Part shown: piece after piece, positions 50,175-59,801 of the stretch | How the letters are laid out: every line of letters begins with the position of its first letter | Numbering within the stretch: the first letter of the stretch is position 1 | From: Candidatus Zhuqueibacterota bacterium | Lineage (GTDB): Bacteria > Zhuqueibacterota > Zhuqueibacteria > Residuimicrobiales > Krinioviventaceae | DNA: 64,000 nt | NCBI GenBank assembly: GCA_016929295.1 | Contig: JAFGJB010000008.1 | Location: forward strand, 12,917 to 76,916 | Reading direction: 5' to 3' | The notes under the pieces: generated by a model | The model's input: only the letters and a program-made list of their open reading frames with translations | What the model was told of the DNA's origin: nothing | Database searches by the model: none | Made by a program: the position numbers and the translations under genes

Positions 50175-51128
50175 TCACTCGATGGCGAGCTTGCCTTGAT
50201 GCAAAATTATCTTGCTGTCGATTTCGACCGTTGATTTGTAAATAACTGCATCGAGATGCAGTGGAACATCATTCGTACCGCCGAATGATATGTTGTTGCC
50301 CAACGCTACATGCGTTGTCCCCAATACTTTCTCATCTTCCAGGGCGTACCCGGAAATGTGCGCTGTGTCGTTTGTCCCTATGCCGAATTCGGCCACCAGA
50401 CGATTGTCGCTGCCATATTTTGATAAATACTGACTCAATTTGCGCGCCGTCGCTCCTCCACTGATCCGCACAGCGCGACCGTCTTTAATGACGATGGTCA
50501 GCCGCTCCTGATCACTTGGATTGACACCCATACCGCTATCCACCACCAGTTGGCCGTGGCAGAGTCCATCATCCGGCGCTATGCTCGCCTTGCCGGCCGG
50601 CAGGTCGGAGAAAGCCCCGGGAGTGTCCGCGATGCCGGTGTCAGAATAGCCTTGACGATTTTTTATCGGGATGATCATATCCGTACCGTTGGGGGCTGTC
50701 AGATGAACCTCTTTTGCCATCGACAGGATATCCGCCATTTTTTTGCTGCGACTCACTATCCTTTCAACGTTCATGGAGGCAATGCGAGAAAATGTGTTCA
50801 GGTTAATATCCGGCATGCTGATGATTCTTGCGCCGGCGCGACACGCCTGTCTGCGGGCATGGGTGTGGGAGATGGATGGAGATGTCACAGCAAATATGAC
50901 ATTCATGGCCTGTAACAATTTGGCGACTGCCGCGGGAAGAGACTCCTGTGGCGTCAGATGGGAAAGCTGCAACAGAAGCGCTTTATTGGTCCTCTTTGCG
51001 CAGGCTTGAAAAAGAATGTTCGCAACATCAAGCAACGGCTCGGTGACGAGAATCAGCACAGCTTCGTCCCGTTTCAAATCAACGCATCTGTTCACGATCG
51101 TCTGCGCGGCTTTTTCGTACCTCGTCAT
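50175..51128 (-). CDS. M29/leucyl aminopeptidase-like protein (one metal ligand substituted)
   Basis: NGTD, LPAGK, AEFGIGTN, EDEKVLGTTHVALG, HLD. Confidence 0.8.
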   Translation of the reverse strand: MTRYEKAAQTIVNRCVDLKRDEAVLILVTEPLLDVANILFQACAKRTNKALLLQLSHLTPQESLPAAVAKLLQAMNVIFAVTSPSISHTHARRQACRAGARIISMPDINLNTFSRIASMNVERIVSRSKKMADILSMAKEVHLTAPNGTDMIIPIKNRQGYSDTGIADTPGAFSDLPAGKASIAPDDGLCHGQLVVDSGMGVNPSDQERLTIVIKDGRAVRISGGATARKLSQYLSKYGSDNRLVAEFGIGTNDTAHISGYALEDEKVLGTTHVALGNNISFGGTNDVPLHLDAVIYKSTVEIDSKIILHQGKLAIE

Positions 51129-51464
51129 TATTTCTCCTGCTGGAATTAATTTGATATCAGTGCCAACGGCACAGTTGATAATTTACTCGCTGCAAAATCA
51201 ACGTGCTCTTAACCCCAGACGTTCGTCTTCCGCTTCGCTGCCGACGACCCTGAGCCCCCTTGGCGTCAACCGCTCCGTGTCGCGACCGCTTCATCTGTCC
51301 CAAGTACTCGTCCCACATGTGACAAAATCGCCAGATAAAATAAGAAATGCGCAACTGAATGGCAAGCAGATTTAATGAAAAATGCAGAGTTATCTGCGCT
51401 CAAGCTCTTTGCCAATGAACCCTTTGATTTTATCTCTTTTTTTTGTATATTTACAGGTTTTAAT

Positions 51465-52265
51465 ATGGCGCTTTTAACTGACATCAGTCTCGGTCAATAT
51501 TATCCGGGTGATTCTTTTATTCATCGTCTGGATCCACGGACTAAATTGATATGCGTCCTGTGCTGTATGACGGCGTTGCTCATCACCGTAGCGCCAGTGA
51601 TATTGCTTGGCTTTGCCGTACTGACCATACTTGTCATCACGACGGCGCAGCTTCCTGTGTCGCTCGTGTTGAAAAATGTTCGGCCGTTCATCTGGCTTTT
51701 TTTTCTCACTATTCTCGTGCATCTTTTTTGGACGCCCGGGCGAGTTGTTGTGACCATTCCGCTAGTGGATCTGGGTATCACCTACCAGGGTCTCACGCTT
51801 GGACTCGTCTATTCGCTCCGCCTGATGATGCTGCTCATTTTAGCGGCGCTTTTGACTCTCACAACATCTCCGATCGAGTTAACCGATGCGCTGGAAAAGA
51901 TGATCGGGCCGCTCAAGCGGTTCAAAGTGCCAACGCATGAGATCGTCATGATGTTGACCCTGTCGCTTCGGTTCATACCAACGCTCATCGAAGAGGCGCA
52001 ACGCTTGAAGAACGCGCAGGTGTCACGCGGTGCATCTTTTGACGGCCATTTGGTTCAGCGCATGAAAAGTATCGTGCCGCTCATTTTGCCGCTGTTCATA
52101 TCGGCATTTCGTCGCGCCGATGAGCTGGCACTAGCGATGGATTCGCGCTGCTATACAGGTGGAGAAGGTCGCACGAGTTTTCGCAAACTGGCTTTTAAAA
52201 CGGCCGACTATGCTGTTTTGATTGTTGTGATGACATTGCTGCTGCTTTTGTTTACCTTTTTCTGA
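51465..52265 (+). CDS. ecfT: ECF transporter transmembrane component EcfT
   Basis: GQYYPGDSFIHRLDPRTK, LRFIPTL, AQVSRG, RRADELALAMDSRCY. Confidence 0.93.
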   Translation: MALLTDISLGQYYPGDSFIHRLDPRTKLICVLCCMTALLITVAPVILLGFAVLTILVITTAQLPVSLVLKNVRPFIWLFFLTILVHLFWTPGRVVVTIPLVDLGITYQGLTLGLVYSLRLMMLLILAALLTLTTSPIELTDALEKMIGPLKRFKVPTHEIVMMLTLSLRFIPTLIEEAQRLKNAQVSRGASFDGHLVQRMKSIVPLILPLFISAFRRADELALAMDSRCYTGGEGRTSFRKLAFKTADYAVLIVVMTLLLLLFTFF

Positions 52266-52305
52266 TGATATAAAGTGTCGATCTGAACGGATATTTGAAC
52301 CGCTT

Positions 52306-53037
52306 ATGCGGAATATAAAGTTAATCATCGAATACGATGGCACCGATTTTTGCGGTTATCAGATCCAGGACAATGATCGAACGGTGCAAGCAGAATTACA
52401 GCGTTCTTTGTCAATGTTGACCAATGAAACGATTCGATTGACTGCCGCCGGTCGGACAGATGCGGGTGTGCATGCTCTCGGTCAGGTTGTTAATTTTACC
52501 ACCGAAAGCACTTTGCCACTGGAAGCTTTTCTTCGAGGTGGAAATACCCGACTGCCCAAAGATATTCTCATTCTGCACGCGGAAGATGTGCCCCAAGCTT
52601 TTCACGCCCGCTATTCGGCAAAGCGGCGCATCTATCGCTACCTGATTTCGACCAGGAGGAAAGCTGTCGGTCGTCAATACGCCTGGTATTACTGGAGCCT
52701 CCTTGATTTGGAAAAAATGAATGCAGCGTGTGCTCAAATATTGGGAGTTCACGATTTTCAAAGTTTTTGCCAGGCAAAGGCAGATGTCAACCATTATGAT
52801 TGTGATGTTCGCTACGCTTTCTGGCATCAAGCCAGGGAGTATCTTGTGTTTGAGATTTGTGCCAATCGTTTTCTTCACAATATGGTGCGAACACTCGTTG
52901 GCACGATGGTTGAAATCGGTGATGTGAGACTGAATCAATCAGTGAACATGATTGATATATTGCAGGCTAAAAGTCGAGATGCGGCCGGACCGACGGCGCC
53001 GGCTCTGGGTCTCTATTTGGTCAAAGTGGACTATTAA
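52306..53037 (+). CDS. truA: tRNA pseudouridine(38-40) synthase
   Basis: YDGTDF, AGRTDAGVHA, FLHNMVR, APALGLYL. Confidence 0.96.
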   Translation: MRNIKLIIEYDGTDFCGYQIQDNDRTVQAELQRSLSMLTNETIRLTAAGRTDAGVHALGQVVNFTTESTLPLEAFLRGGNTRLPKDILILHAEDVPQAFHARYSAKRRIYRYLISTRRKAVGRQYAWYYWSLLDLEKMNAACAQILGVHDFQSFCQAKADVNHYDCDVRYAFWHQAREYLVFEICANRFLHNMVRTLVGTMVEIGDVRLNQSVNMIDILQAKSRDAAGPTAPALGLYLVKVDY

Positions 53038-53156
53038 ACTTTTTGCAGGATTATTTGTCTTGTCTCGTAAAGTGATAATTCAAATGAGCGCATCGCGATT
53101 GAAATGAACGCTCGCATCCCTTTTTCCTCTTGTGATTTGATAGAGGAGATGAATGC

Positions 53157-54365
53157 ATGAAAACCGGAATGAAAATTATTTTTGCATTTTGCTTCGGCGC
53201 CCTCCTGACGATTTTTCTTGTGCTGTTTTGCACGAATCGCTCGAGTGAGCAAACGGCCAATCTCTTGCAAAGCACTGCCGCTAAGGCGCATCCAGCATCC
53301 GCTAACCTGGATCGTATTCTACAGCAGGATGCCGTTGCAAACTCGCGTCAGAACGCCATCACAAATGCCATCGCACGCGTTAGCCCGGCCGTCGTCAGCA
53401 TCAATACGCGCAAGATTGAAGAGTACTATCAACAAAATCCATTGGCCATTGATCCGTTCTGGCAATATTTTTTCCCGCGCTACAACCGCGTCATGCAGGA
53501 GGTTCACGCCCTGGGCTCTGGATTTCTTTTTTCCCCGAACGGTCATATTTTGACGAACCAGCATGTCATCAACGCCGCGCGGGAAATTATCGTGACATTG
53601 CCGGGCGGAGAGGAGTACAAAGCCGAATTGGCCGGCGAAGATTTCAAATCGGACGTCGCCGTATTGAAGATCGACGGAAAAAATTTTCCCTACATACCAA
53701 TGGGCAATTCGGATGATATCATCATCGGCGAATGGGCCATCGCCATCGGTAATCCTTTTGGCCTTTTCGATGTTTTCGCCAAACCGACCGTCACTGTCGG
53801 CGTCATCAGTGCTACGGATCAGGATTTTGGCCGCCAAAGCAATCAGCGAGTGTACGAAGATATGATACAGACCGATGCCGCCATCAACTCCGGCAATAGC
53901 GGCGGCCCGCTGGTGAACAGCGAGGGAAACGTCATCGGGATGAACGCATTCATCTTTACCGGCAGCCAGGACATCGGCACCAGCATCGGCCTGGGTTTTG
54001 CATTGCCCATCAACCGGGTGAAAGAGGTTGCGCAAGAATTGCTGACGCACGGCTCAATACCAAAGGATTTGTGGTCGGGACTGCAATATCAGGATATCAC
54101 CAACTCAATGGCCCTTTTGCTGCGCTTGAATTCTACGCAAGGCGTCATTGTCACCGATGTCGAGCGAAACAGTCCATGGGATGACGCAGGACTGCAAGCA
54201 GAAGATGTGATTCTGGAAATAAACGGCAACCGACTGCGTTCAAGCGCCGAATTTGATGGGCTGAAGGAGAGCCTCAAACTGAAGGTGGGCGATGAACTGG
54301 AGCTGACTGTCTACCGCAATCGCCGCATCTATAGCGCACGGGTGAAATTCAAGGGTCAAGGATGA
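53157..54365 (+). CDS. HtrA/DegP-like serine protease with one PDZ
   Basis: LGSGF, TNQHVI, SDVAV, QTDAAINSGNSGGPL. Confidence 0.93.
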   Translation: MKTGMKIIFAFCFGALLTIFLVLFCTNRSSEQTANLLQSTAAKAHPASANLDRILQQDAVANSRQNAITNAIARVSPAVVSINTRKIEEYYQQNPLAIDPFWQYFFPRYNRVMQEVHALGSGFLFSPNGHILTNQHVINAAREIIVTLPGGEEYKAELAGEDFKSDVAVLKIDGKNFPYIPMGNSDDIIIGEWAIAIGNPFGLFDVFAKPTVTVGVISATDQDFGRQSNQRVYEDMIQTDAAINSGNSGGPLVNSEGNVIGMNAFIFTGSQDIGTSIGLGFALPINRVKEVAQELLTHGSIPKDLWSGLQYQDITNSMALLLRLNSTQGVIVTDVERNSPWDDAGLQAEDVILEINGNRLRSSAEFDGLKESLKLKVGDELELTVYRNRRIYSARVKFKGQG

Positions 54366-55657
54366 TCGCTCGATACACACGGCCGGAAATGGGCTCCATC
54401 TGGAGCGACGATAACAAGTTTCGCACCTGGCTGCAGGTTGAAATCGCTGTCTGTGAAGCTCAGGCAGAGCTGGGCCGTATCCCCTATGATGCACTGCAAG
54501 TCATTCGTGAAAAGGCGAATTTCAATGTCGATAGAATATTGGAGATCGAAGCCGGCGTTCATCATGATGTCATCGCGTTTCTGACGAACGTGGCCGAATA
54601 CGTCGGGCCGGAATCGAGGTACATCCATCTGGGATTGACATCATCCGATCTGCTCGATACGGCCCTGGCTGTCCAACTCGAGCAGGCTTCCGAGATCATT
54701 TTACAGGATTTGCACAACTTGATAAGCGCTCTCCGGGAGGGTGCCTTGAACTATAAGAATACGGTGTGCATTGGCCGAAGCCATGGAATCCATGCGGAAC
54801 CGACCACTTTCGGCCTCAAAATGGCTTTGTGGTATGATGAAATGAAGAGAAATCTTGCTCGCTTTGAGCGCGCGCGCCGCGCCGTCGCGCGAGGAATGGT
54901 GTCCGGCGCTGTCGGAACATATGCGTTTGTTGATCCGCAGGTTCAGGAGATCGTCTGCAGCAAGCTTGGTCTGGGCTCGACACCCATTTCAACCCAGGTC
55001 ATCCAGCGCGACATTCATGCTGACTATATGACTGTGCTGGCACTCATTGGCGCGACAATGGAAAAAATTGCCATTGAAATCCGCCATCTTCAGCGCACCG
55101 AAGTGCAGGAGGTCGAGGAGCCCTTTGCGCACGGTCAAAAAGGTTCTTCCGCCATGCCGCATAAACGCAATCCCGTTGCCAGCGAAAATCTGACCGGCAT
55201 CGCTCGATTGCTGCGCGCTAACGCCATTGCGGCGTTGGAAAATGTGGCCTTGTGGCATGAACGTGATATCAGTCATTCCTCGGTAGAACGCGTTATCATG
55301 CCGGACAGCACGATTCTCGTCGATTATGGATTGGCCAGAATAACTCGTCTTTTGCGCAATCTTGTCGTTCATGCCGACACGATGCGGAAAAATCTGTGGC
55401 TGACCAAAGGGCTGATTTTTTCTCAGGCTGTGCTGCTAGCGCTGACCGAGCACGGCATGAGTCGCGAAACAGCCTATGAGATCGTGCAGAATGATGCAAT
55501 GCACTGTTGGCGAAGCGATGAAGACTTTAGGACAATCCTCAGCAGAGATGCTGCAGTCGCAAACATTCTCACAGCACAACAAATCGACGCCTGTTTTGAT
55601 GAACAACGCGCTCTGCGACATGTTGACTATATTTTCACTAAAGTTGGCCTGCAATAA
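54362..55657 (+). CDS. purB: Adenylosuccinate lyase
   Basis: HLGLTSSD, GRSHGIHAEPTTFG, SSAMPHKRNP. Confidence 0.97.
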   Translation: MIARYTRPEMGSIWSDDNKFRTWLQVEIAVCEAQAELGRIPYDALQVIREKANFNVDRILEIEAGVHHDVIAFLTNVAEYVGPESRYIHLGLTSSDLLDTALAVQLEQASEIILQDLHNLISALREGALNYKNTVCIGRSHGIHAEPTTFGLKMALWYDEMKRNLARFERARRAVARGMVSGAVGTYAFVDPQVQEIVCSKLGLGSTPISTQVIQRDIHADYMTVLALIGATMEKIAIEIRHLQRTEVQEVEEPFAHGQKGSSAMPHKRNPVASENLTGIARLLRANAIAALENVALWHERDISHSSVERVIMPDSTILVDYGLARITRLLRNLVVHADTMRKNLWLTKGLIFSQAVLLALTEHGMSRETAYEIVQNDAMHCWRSDEDFRTILSRDAAVANILTAQQIDACFDEQRALRHVDYIFTKVGLQ

Positions 55658-55690
55658 TACTTTTTTCACAACTTTCATCGAAAGGAGCGA

Positions 55691-56350
55691 GTGTTGAAAA
55701 AAATAATTTTACAGGATGGCAAAGCTCTGTACGAAACCGACAATGAAGATGAAATATTGTTAAAATATACGGATGACCTGGTCGACAATAAAGGCAACGT
55801 AAAAGGATCCGTTAAGAACAAGGCCGCCATCAATGCTGCTATCGCCGCGCATATTTTCAAGCTGCTCTCAAGCTATCACATCCCCACATTCTACAAAAGC
55901 CAAAAATCGGCCAAAGAATTACTGCTCAAAAAAGCGCAGCTGTTTCCATTGCGCCTGCTGATAAGCCAGGAAAAGACGGACGATGAGCCGACGCCGGTGG
56001 CGAAATACGAGTCGTTGACAAACGATACGGCGACTCCAATGACTGCTGATCAGATCATAGCCGCCACAATTTTATCGGTGCAACAGCTGGCTGATATACA
56101 TCGATATGCACTGAAAATCAATGTCTTGTTGCGTAATTTTTTTGCGCGTCGGGGGCTCGAACTGCTCGATTTCTCGATTCAGTTTGGTCTTGTCAACGGC
56201 AAGGTCGCTGTATGCAGTGATTTCACCCCGGATACTTGTGAGTTGAAGGACAATGAGTCAAAAATCAAATTGAAAAAATCCTATCTTGTTTCGCACATCG
56301 ATGATGCCTCTGGTCTGTATGAACTTTTGCATCAGAAAATCATGTTTTAG
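55691..56350 (+). CDS. purC: SAICAR synthetase (PurC) homolog with eroded active site
   Basis: Fold-level match (LYETD, IPT, DF.I.FG, PDTC) and position after purB; catalytic motifs substituted. Confidence 0.75.
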   Translation: MLKKIILQDGKALYETDNEDEILLKYTDDLVDNKGNVKGSVKNKAAINAAIAAHIFKLLSSYHIPTFYKSQKSAKELLLKKAQLFPLRLLISQEKTDDEPTPVAKYESLTNDTATPMTADQIIAATILSVQQLADIHRYALKINVLLRNFFARRGLELLDFSIQFGLVNGKVAVCSDFTPDTCELKDNESKIKLKKSYLVSHIDDASGLYELLHQKIMF

Positions 56351-56365
56351 TGGGATGGGGGCGTT

Positions 56366-57016
56366 TTGAGTCGAGAAGGATTACCAATAATTCTGGGCCT
56401 GGGGACCTTTTGCGTCCTGGTCGGCTGGTTTGGACTGCACAGTCAGACGATATATTTGCTAGTGGTGGCGTCTATCGCTGCGCTGCTTCTCCTGTTTGTG
56501 CTCTATTTTTTTCGCGATCCAAGACGAACACCGCCGAACATGGTGAGGGGTGTTGTCTCTCCGGCAGATGGTCAAGTCATCGCCATTGATCAGGTTCACG
56601 AGAAAGAATTCATCGAGGGAAAAGCGACGCGAATCGCTATCTTTATGTCACTGTTCAACGTGCATGTGAATTATGTGCCGTTCAAGGGAAGGGTCGACTA
56701 TATTCGCTATAACCATGGCGCTTTTTTAAGGGCAAATCTGCCGGAGGCTTCGACGCAGAATGCGCATATTTTGACCGGCCTCGAGACTTTATATGGGAAA
56801 ATTGCTTTCAAACAGGCCACCGGCATGGTGGCACGTCGAATTGTGAATCATTTAAAACTGGATGCTAAAGTCGAGACCGGCGACAAGTTTGGCATGATCA
56901 AGTTTGGTTCGCGAATGGAGGTCTATTTGACCACCAGTGCGGAAATTAAGGTGAAAGTCGGCGATCGTGTACGCGCCTGTGAATCTATTATCGCGGAATT
57001 TTATGAAGCCCACTAG
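56366..57016 (+). CDS. psd: Phosphatidylserine decarboxylase proenzyme
   Basis: FFRDP, SPADG, NVHVN, GMVARRI, KFGSR cleavage motif. Confidence 0.93.
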   Translation: MSREGLPIILGLGTFCVLVGWFGLHSQTIYLLVVASIAALLLLFVLYFFRDPRRTPPNMVRGVVSPADGQVIAIDQVHEKEFIEGKATRIAIFMSLFNVHVNYVPFKGRVDYIRYNHGAFLRANLPEASTQNAHILTGLETLYGKIAFKQATGMVARRIVNHLKLDAKVETGDKFGMIKFGSRMEVYLTTSAEIKVKVGDRVRACESIIAEFYEAH

Positions 57017-57776
57017 ACCATATATAACTGTTGCGAACGTGCTGACAACGATCAATCTTTTTTGCGGCTTTTTAGCTGTGACCATGGTCGTTTCCGGCAA
57101 CTATGTCGCTGCCGCCTGGATAATTTTACTGGCCGGCGTATTTGATGCTTTGGACGGACCGATTGCTCGCGCCGCAGGCCAGGATTCCGATTTTGGTTTG
57201 CAAATGGACTCGTTGTCCGATGTTGTCTCTGCGGGGATTGCGCCATCGCTGCTGATATACGAGTACGCTTTAAAATATATCAGCGCCCGCATGGCCGTTG
57301 GACTGATGGTGGGATTCTTGCCGCTTTTTTTTGCCGCCTTCCGGCTGGCAAGGTATAATGTGATGACGCAACGGGAAGGTCATAAAACCTATTACACTGG
57401 CCTGCCGGCGCCAATGGCGGCGGCCTCGCTCGCCAGTTTGGTGATTTTGCATCACAATGTCGGATGGCCATTCCTGCTGCGCTTTATGGTCATCATGACC
57501 ATCGCCGTTTCGTTGGCAATGGGCAGTCACTTGAAATATGAGGGATTTCCCCGTTTTTCCGTCAAGACCGGGGGTGGCAATCGTTTCAAGTTGATCATAT
57601 TTTTTTGTGCCTTGTTGAGCCTTTTTATATTCCCCGAAATAACCCCGTTTATTTTTATGATGCTCTACTTTTTATCTGGCCTGGTGAAATTCTTTTATAA
57701 TCTGTTCGCGGAGCGCGGCGTTGCAGATGAGCTGCTCGAACCGGAGGAACTCATCGTCGACCAGCAACTCCAATGA
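57003..57776 (+). CDS. pssA: CDP-diacylglycerol--serine O-phosphatidyltransferase
   Basis: DALDGPIAR...G..MDSLSD CDP-alcohol motif, RLARYN, GLPAP. Confidence 0.9.
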   Translation: MKPTRPYITVANVLTTINLFCGFLAVTMVVSGNYVAAAWIILLAGVFDALDGPIARAAGQDSDFGLQMDSLSDVVSAGIAPSLLIYEYALKYISARMAVGLMVGFLPLFFAAFRLARYNVMTQREGHKTYYTGLPAPMAAASLASLVILHHNVGWPFLLRFMVIMTIAVSLAMGSHLKYEGFPRFSVKTGGGNRFKLIIFFCALLSLFIFPEITPFIFMMLYFLSGLVKFFYNLFAERGVADELLEPEELIVDQQLQ

Positions 57777-57785
57777 ACATATTGC

Positions 57786-57814
57786 TTGCAATTGTGTGAA
57801 ATCTACTATATATT
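57786..57814 (+). promoter_or_regulatory. Sigma70-type promoter for the tatA genes
   Basis: TTGCAA, 17 bp, TATATT. Confidence 0.55.
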
Positions 57815-57870
57815 TATCAATTGTATTGGCCAGTGATGGAGACATTGGGCTATCAGACGGAGGAGTGACT

Positions 57871-58044
57871 ATGTTTCCTGCAGTAGGTATGCCGGAAATG
57901 CTCGTTATCATGGTCGTGATTCTGCTGCTATTCGGATCAAAACGATTGCCTGAATTGGCACGCGGCATCGGCAAGAGTATTCGCGAGTTCAAAAAAGCTG
58001 CCGAGGATGTCCGACGTGAGATCGACGTTACCGATGATAAATAA
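57871..58044 (+). CDS. tatA: Twin-arginine translocase TatA/E subunit
   Basis: GMPEML...LLLFGSKRLPELARGIGKSIREFKK; GGAGGAG RBS. Confidence 0.93.
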   Translation: MFPAVGMPEMLVIMVVILLLFGSKRLPELARGIGKSIREFKKAAEDVRREIDVTDDK

Positions 58045-58080
58045 ATTACTTTGTCAGAGTAGTCAACGAGGAGAATTTTT

Positions 58081-58263
58081 ATGTTTGGTGGATTAGGCCC
58101 CCCTGAAATCATCATCATCTTTTTGGTGATTGTCTTGCTGTTCGGCGGCAAAAAATTGCCCGAACTGGCGAAAGGTCTTGGCAAAGGCATCAGAGAATTT
58201 AAAAAAGCACAGACGGAGGAAGAGTCAAAAGAGGAAGAGAAGAAGAAAATTATCAACGAATAA
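58081..58263 (+). CDS. tatA: Twin-arginine translocase TatA/E subunit (second copy)
   Basis: LGPPEI...[24 protein letters not shown]. Confidence 0.94.
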   Translation: MFGGLGPPEIIIIFLVIVLLFGGKKLPELAKGLGKGIREFKKAQTEEESKEEEKKKIINE

Positions 58264-58287
58264 TACATTTTTTTTCTCTAAAAACAT

Positions 58288-58327
58288 CAAACGGCGTCGC
58301 GGATTTTATTCTGCGTACGCCGTTTTG
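58288..58327 (+). terminator. Hairpin/terminator after the tatA pair
   Basis: aaacggcgt-cgcgga...tctgcg-t-acgccgttt stem. Confidence 0.55.
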
Positions 58328-58350
58328 CACTGATAGAGCAAAGCTCAGGC

Positions 58351-59796
58351 GTGAGGATCAGGAGTGTGGATATAACGACGCTGGATTTTTTTCAAACTCA
58401 AAATATAATTAAAAGCCGTGCAGTGTCGTGCGTCGAGATCACGCAAAAATATCTCACAAACATCGCTGCAAAGAAATCATTGAACAGCTTTATCTCCGTC
58501 TTTCACGACGCCGCCCTGGAACGCGCGGAGCAGATTGATCGTAAAATCGACGCGGGCGCCGCTGGAAAATTGGCCGGTTGTACGCTTGGCATCAAAGACT
58601 TGCTGACGCTGAAAGGTGCGCCCACAACCTGCGGCTCCAGGATTTTGGCAAATTTTCGATCGCCCTATAACGCCACGGCGATTGAAAAGCTGGCATCGCA
58701 CGATGCGATATTTCTTGGCAAAACCAATATGGACGAGTTCGCTATGGGCTCTTCCACAGAATCCTCCTGTTTTGGCGCAGTCAAAAATCCGCACGACCTG
58801 GAACGCGTCCCTGGCGGATCTTCGGGAGGATCGGCCGCTGCCGTCGCCGGCAATCTTTGTACGGCTGCGTTGGGAAGCGACACCGGCGGCTCCATTCGTC
58901 AACCGGCATCCTTTTGCGGCATCGTCGGTCTGAAGCCAACCTACGGACGCGTTTCTCGTTTCGGACTCGTCGCCTACGCCTCTTCACTCGATCAGATCGG
59001 ACCGATGAGCAAATCTGTGCACGATGCCGCCCTCCTGCTGAGTTGTATCGCAGGACACGATCCGCTCGATTCCACATCCGCGCGTCTGCCGGTCGATGAC
59101 TATCTCTCTTTCCTGGACAAAGACGTCCACGGCGTGCGCATCGGCCTGCCCAAAGAGTATTTTGCCAAAGGTCTGGATCCGGAAGTCGAAAAACCCATAC
59201 GTGAGAAAGCGGAGTTGCTGCGCAAAGCCGGGGCAGAGATCGTCGAGGTCTCATTGCCCCACACAGAGTACGCCATTGCAGCCTACTATATCATCGCCAT
59301 GGCGGAAGCGTCCTCCAATCTGGCGCGATTCGATGGCGCACGCTATGGCTTCAGGGCTGCGAATGTGAAAGATATTGAAGAGATGTATGTGAAAAGCCGG
59401 ACACAAGGATTTGGCGAGGAGGTGAAACGGCGGATCATGCTCGGCACATATGCCTTGTCCTCTGGCTATTATGATGCCTATTACCGCAAGGCGCAAAAAG
59501 TACGCACCCTGGTCAAGAAAGATTTTGAGGACGCCTTGGCGCGCGTGGATTGTCTGTTGACGCCGGTCGCTCCGACGACTGCATTCAAATTGAATGAAAA
59601 ATTGGCTGACCCTTTGATAATGTACCTGTCCGATGTCTATACCGTTTCGCTCAACCTGGCCGGATTGCCAGGCATCTCCGTTCCGTGCGGCGTAGATTCA
59701 AAAGACCTGCCTGTTGGTTTGCAACTCATAGGGAAACCCTTCGCTGAAGGGACGATCATTCAGGTGGCAGATTACATCGAAAAGAATAGTTGGTGA
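58351..59796 (+). CDS. gatA: Asp/Glu-tRNA amidotransferase subunit A
   Basis: GIKD, GKTNMDEFAMGS, PGGSSGGSAA, GSDTGGSIRQP. Confidence 0.96.
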   Translation: MRIRSVDITTLDFFQTQNIIKSRAVSCVEITQKYLTNIAAKKSLNSFISVFHDAALERAEQIDRKIDAGAAGKLAGCTLGIKDLLTLKGAPTTCGSRILANFRSPYNATAIEKLASHDAIFLGKTNMDEFAMGSSTESSCFGAVKNPHDLERVPGGSSGGSAAAVAGNLCTAALGSDTGGSIRQPASFCGIVGLKPTYGRVSRFGLVAYASSLDQIGPMSKSVHDAALLLSCIAGHDPLDSTSARLPVDDYLSFLDKDVHGVRIGLPKEYFAKGLDPEVEKPIREKAELLRKAGAEIVEVSLPHTEYAIAAYYIIAMAEASSNLARFDGARYGFRAANVKDIEEMYVKSRTQGFGEEVKRRIMLGTYALSSGYYDAYYRKAQKVRTLVKKDFEDALARVDCLLTPVAPTTAFKLNEKLADPLIMYLSDVYTVSLNLAGLPGISVPCGVDSKDLPVGLQLIGKPFAEGTIIQVADYIEKNSW

Positions 59797-59801
59797 CGAG
59801 C

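Noticed and set aside
58263..58351. Missing gatC, tatC, ecfA and dprA at their usual positions
   Set aside because: These genes are often encoded elsewhere; their absence cannot be judged from one window.
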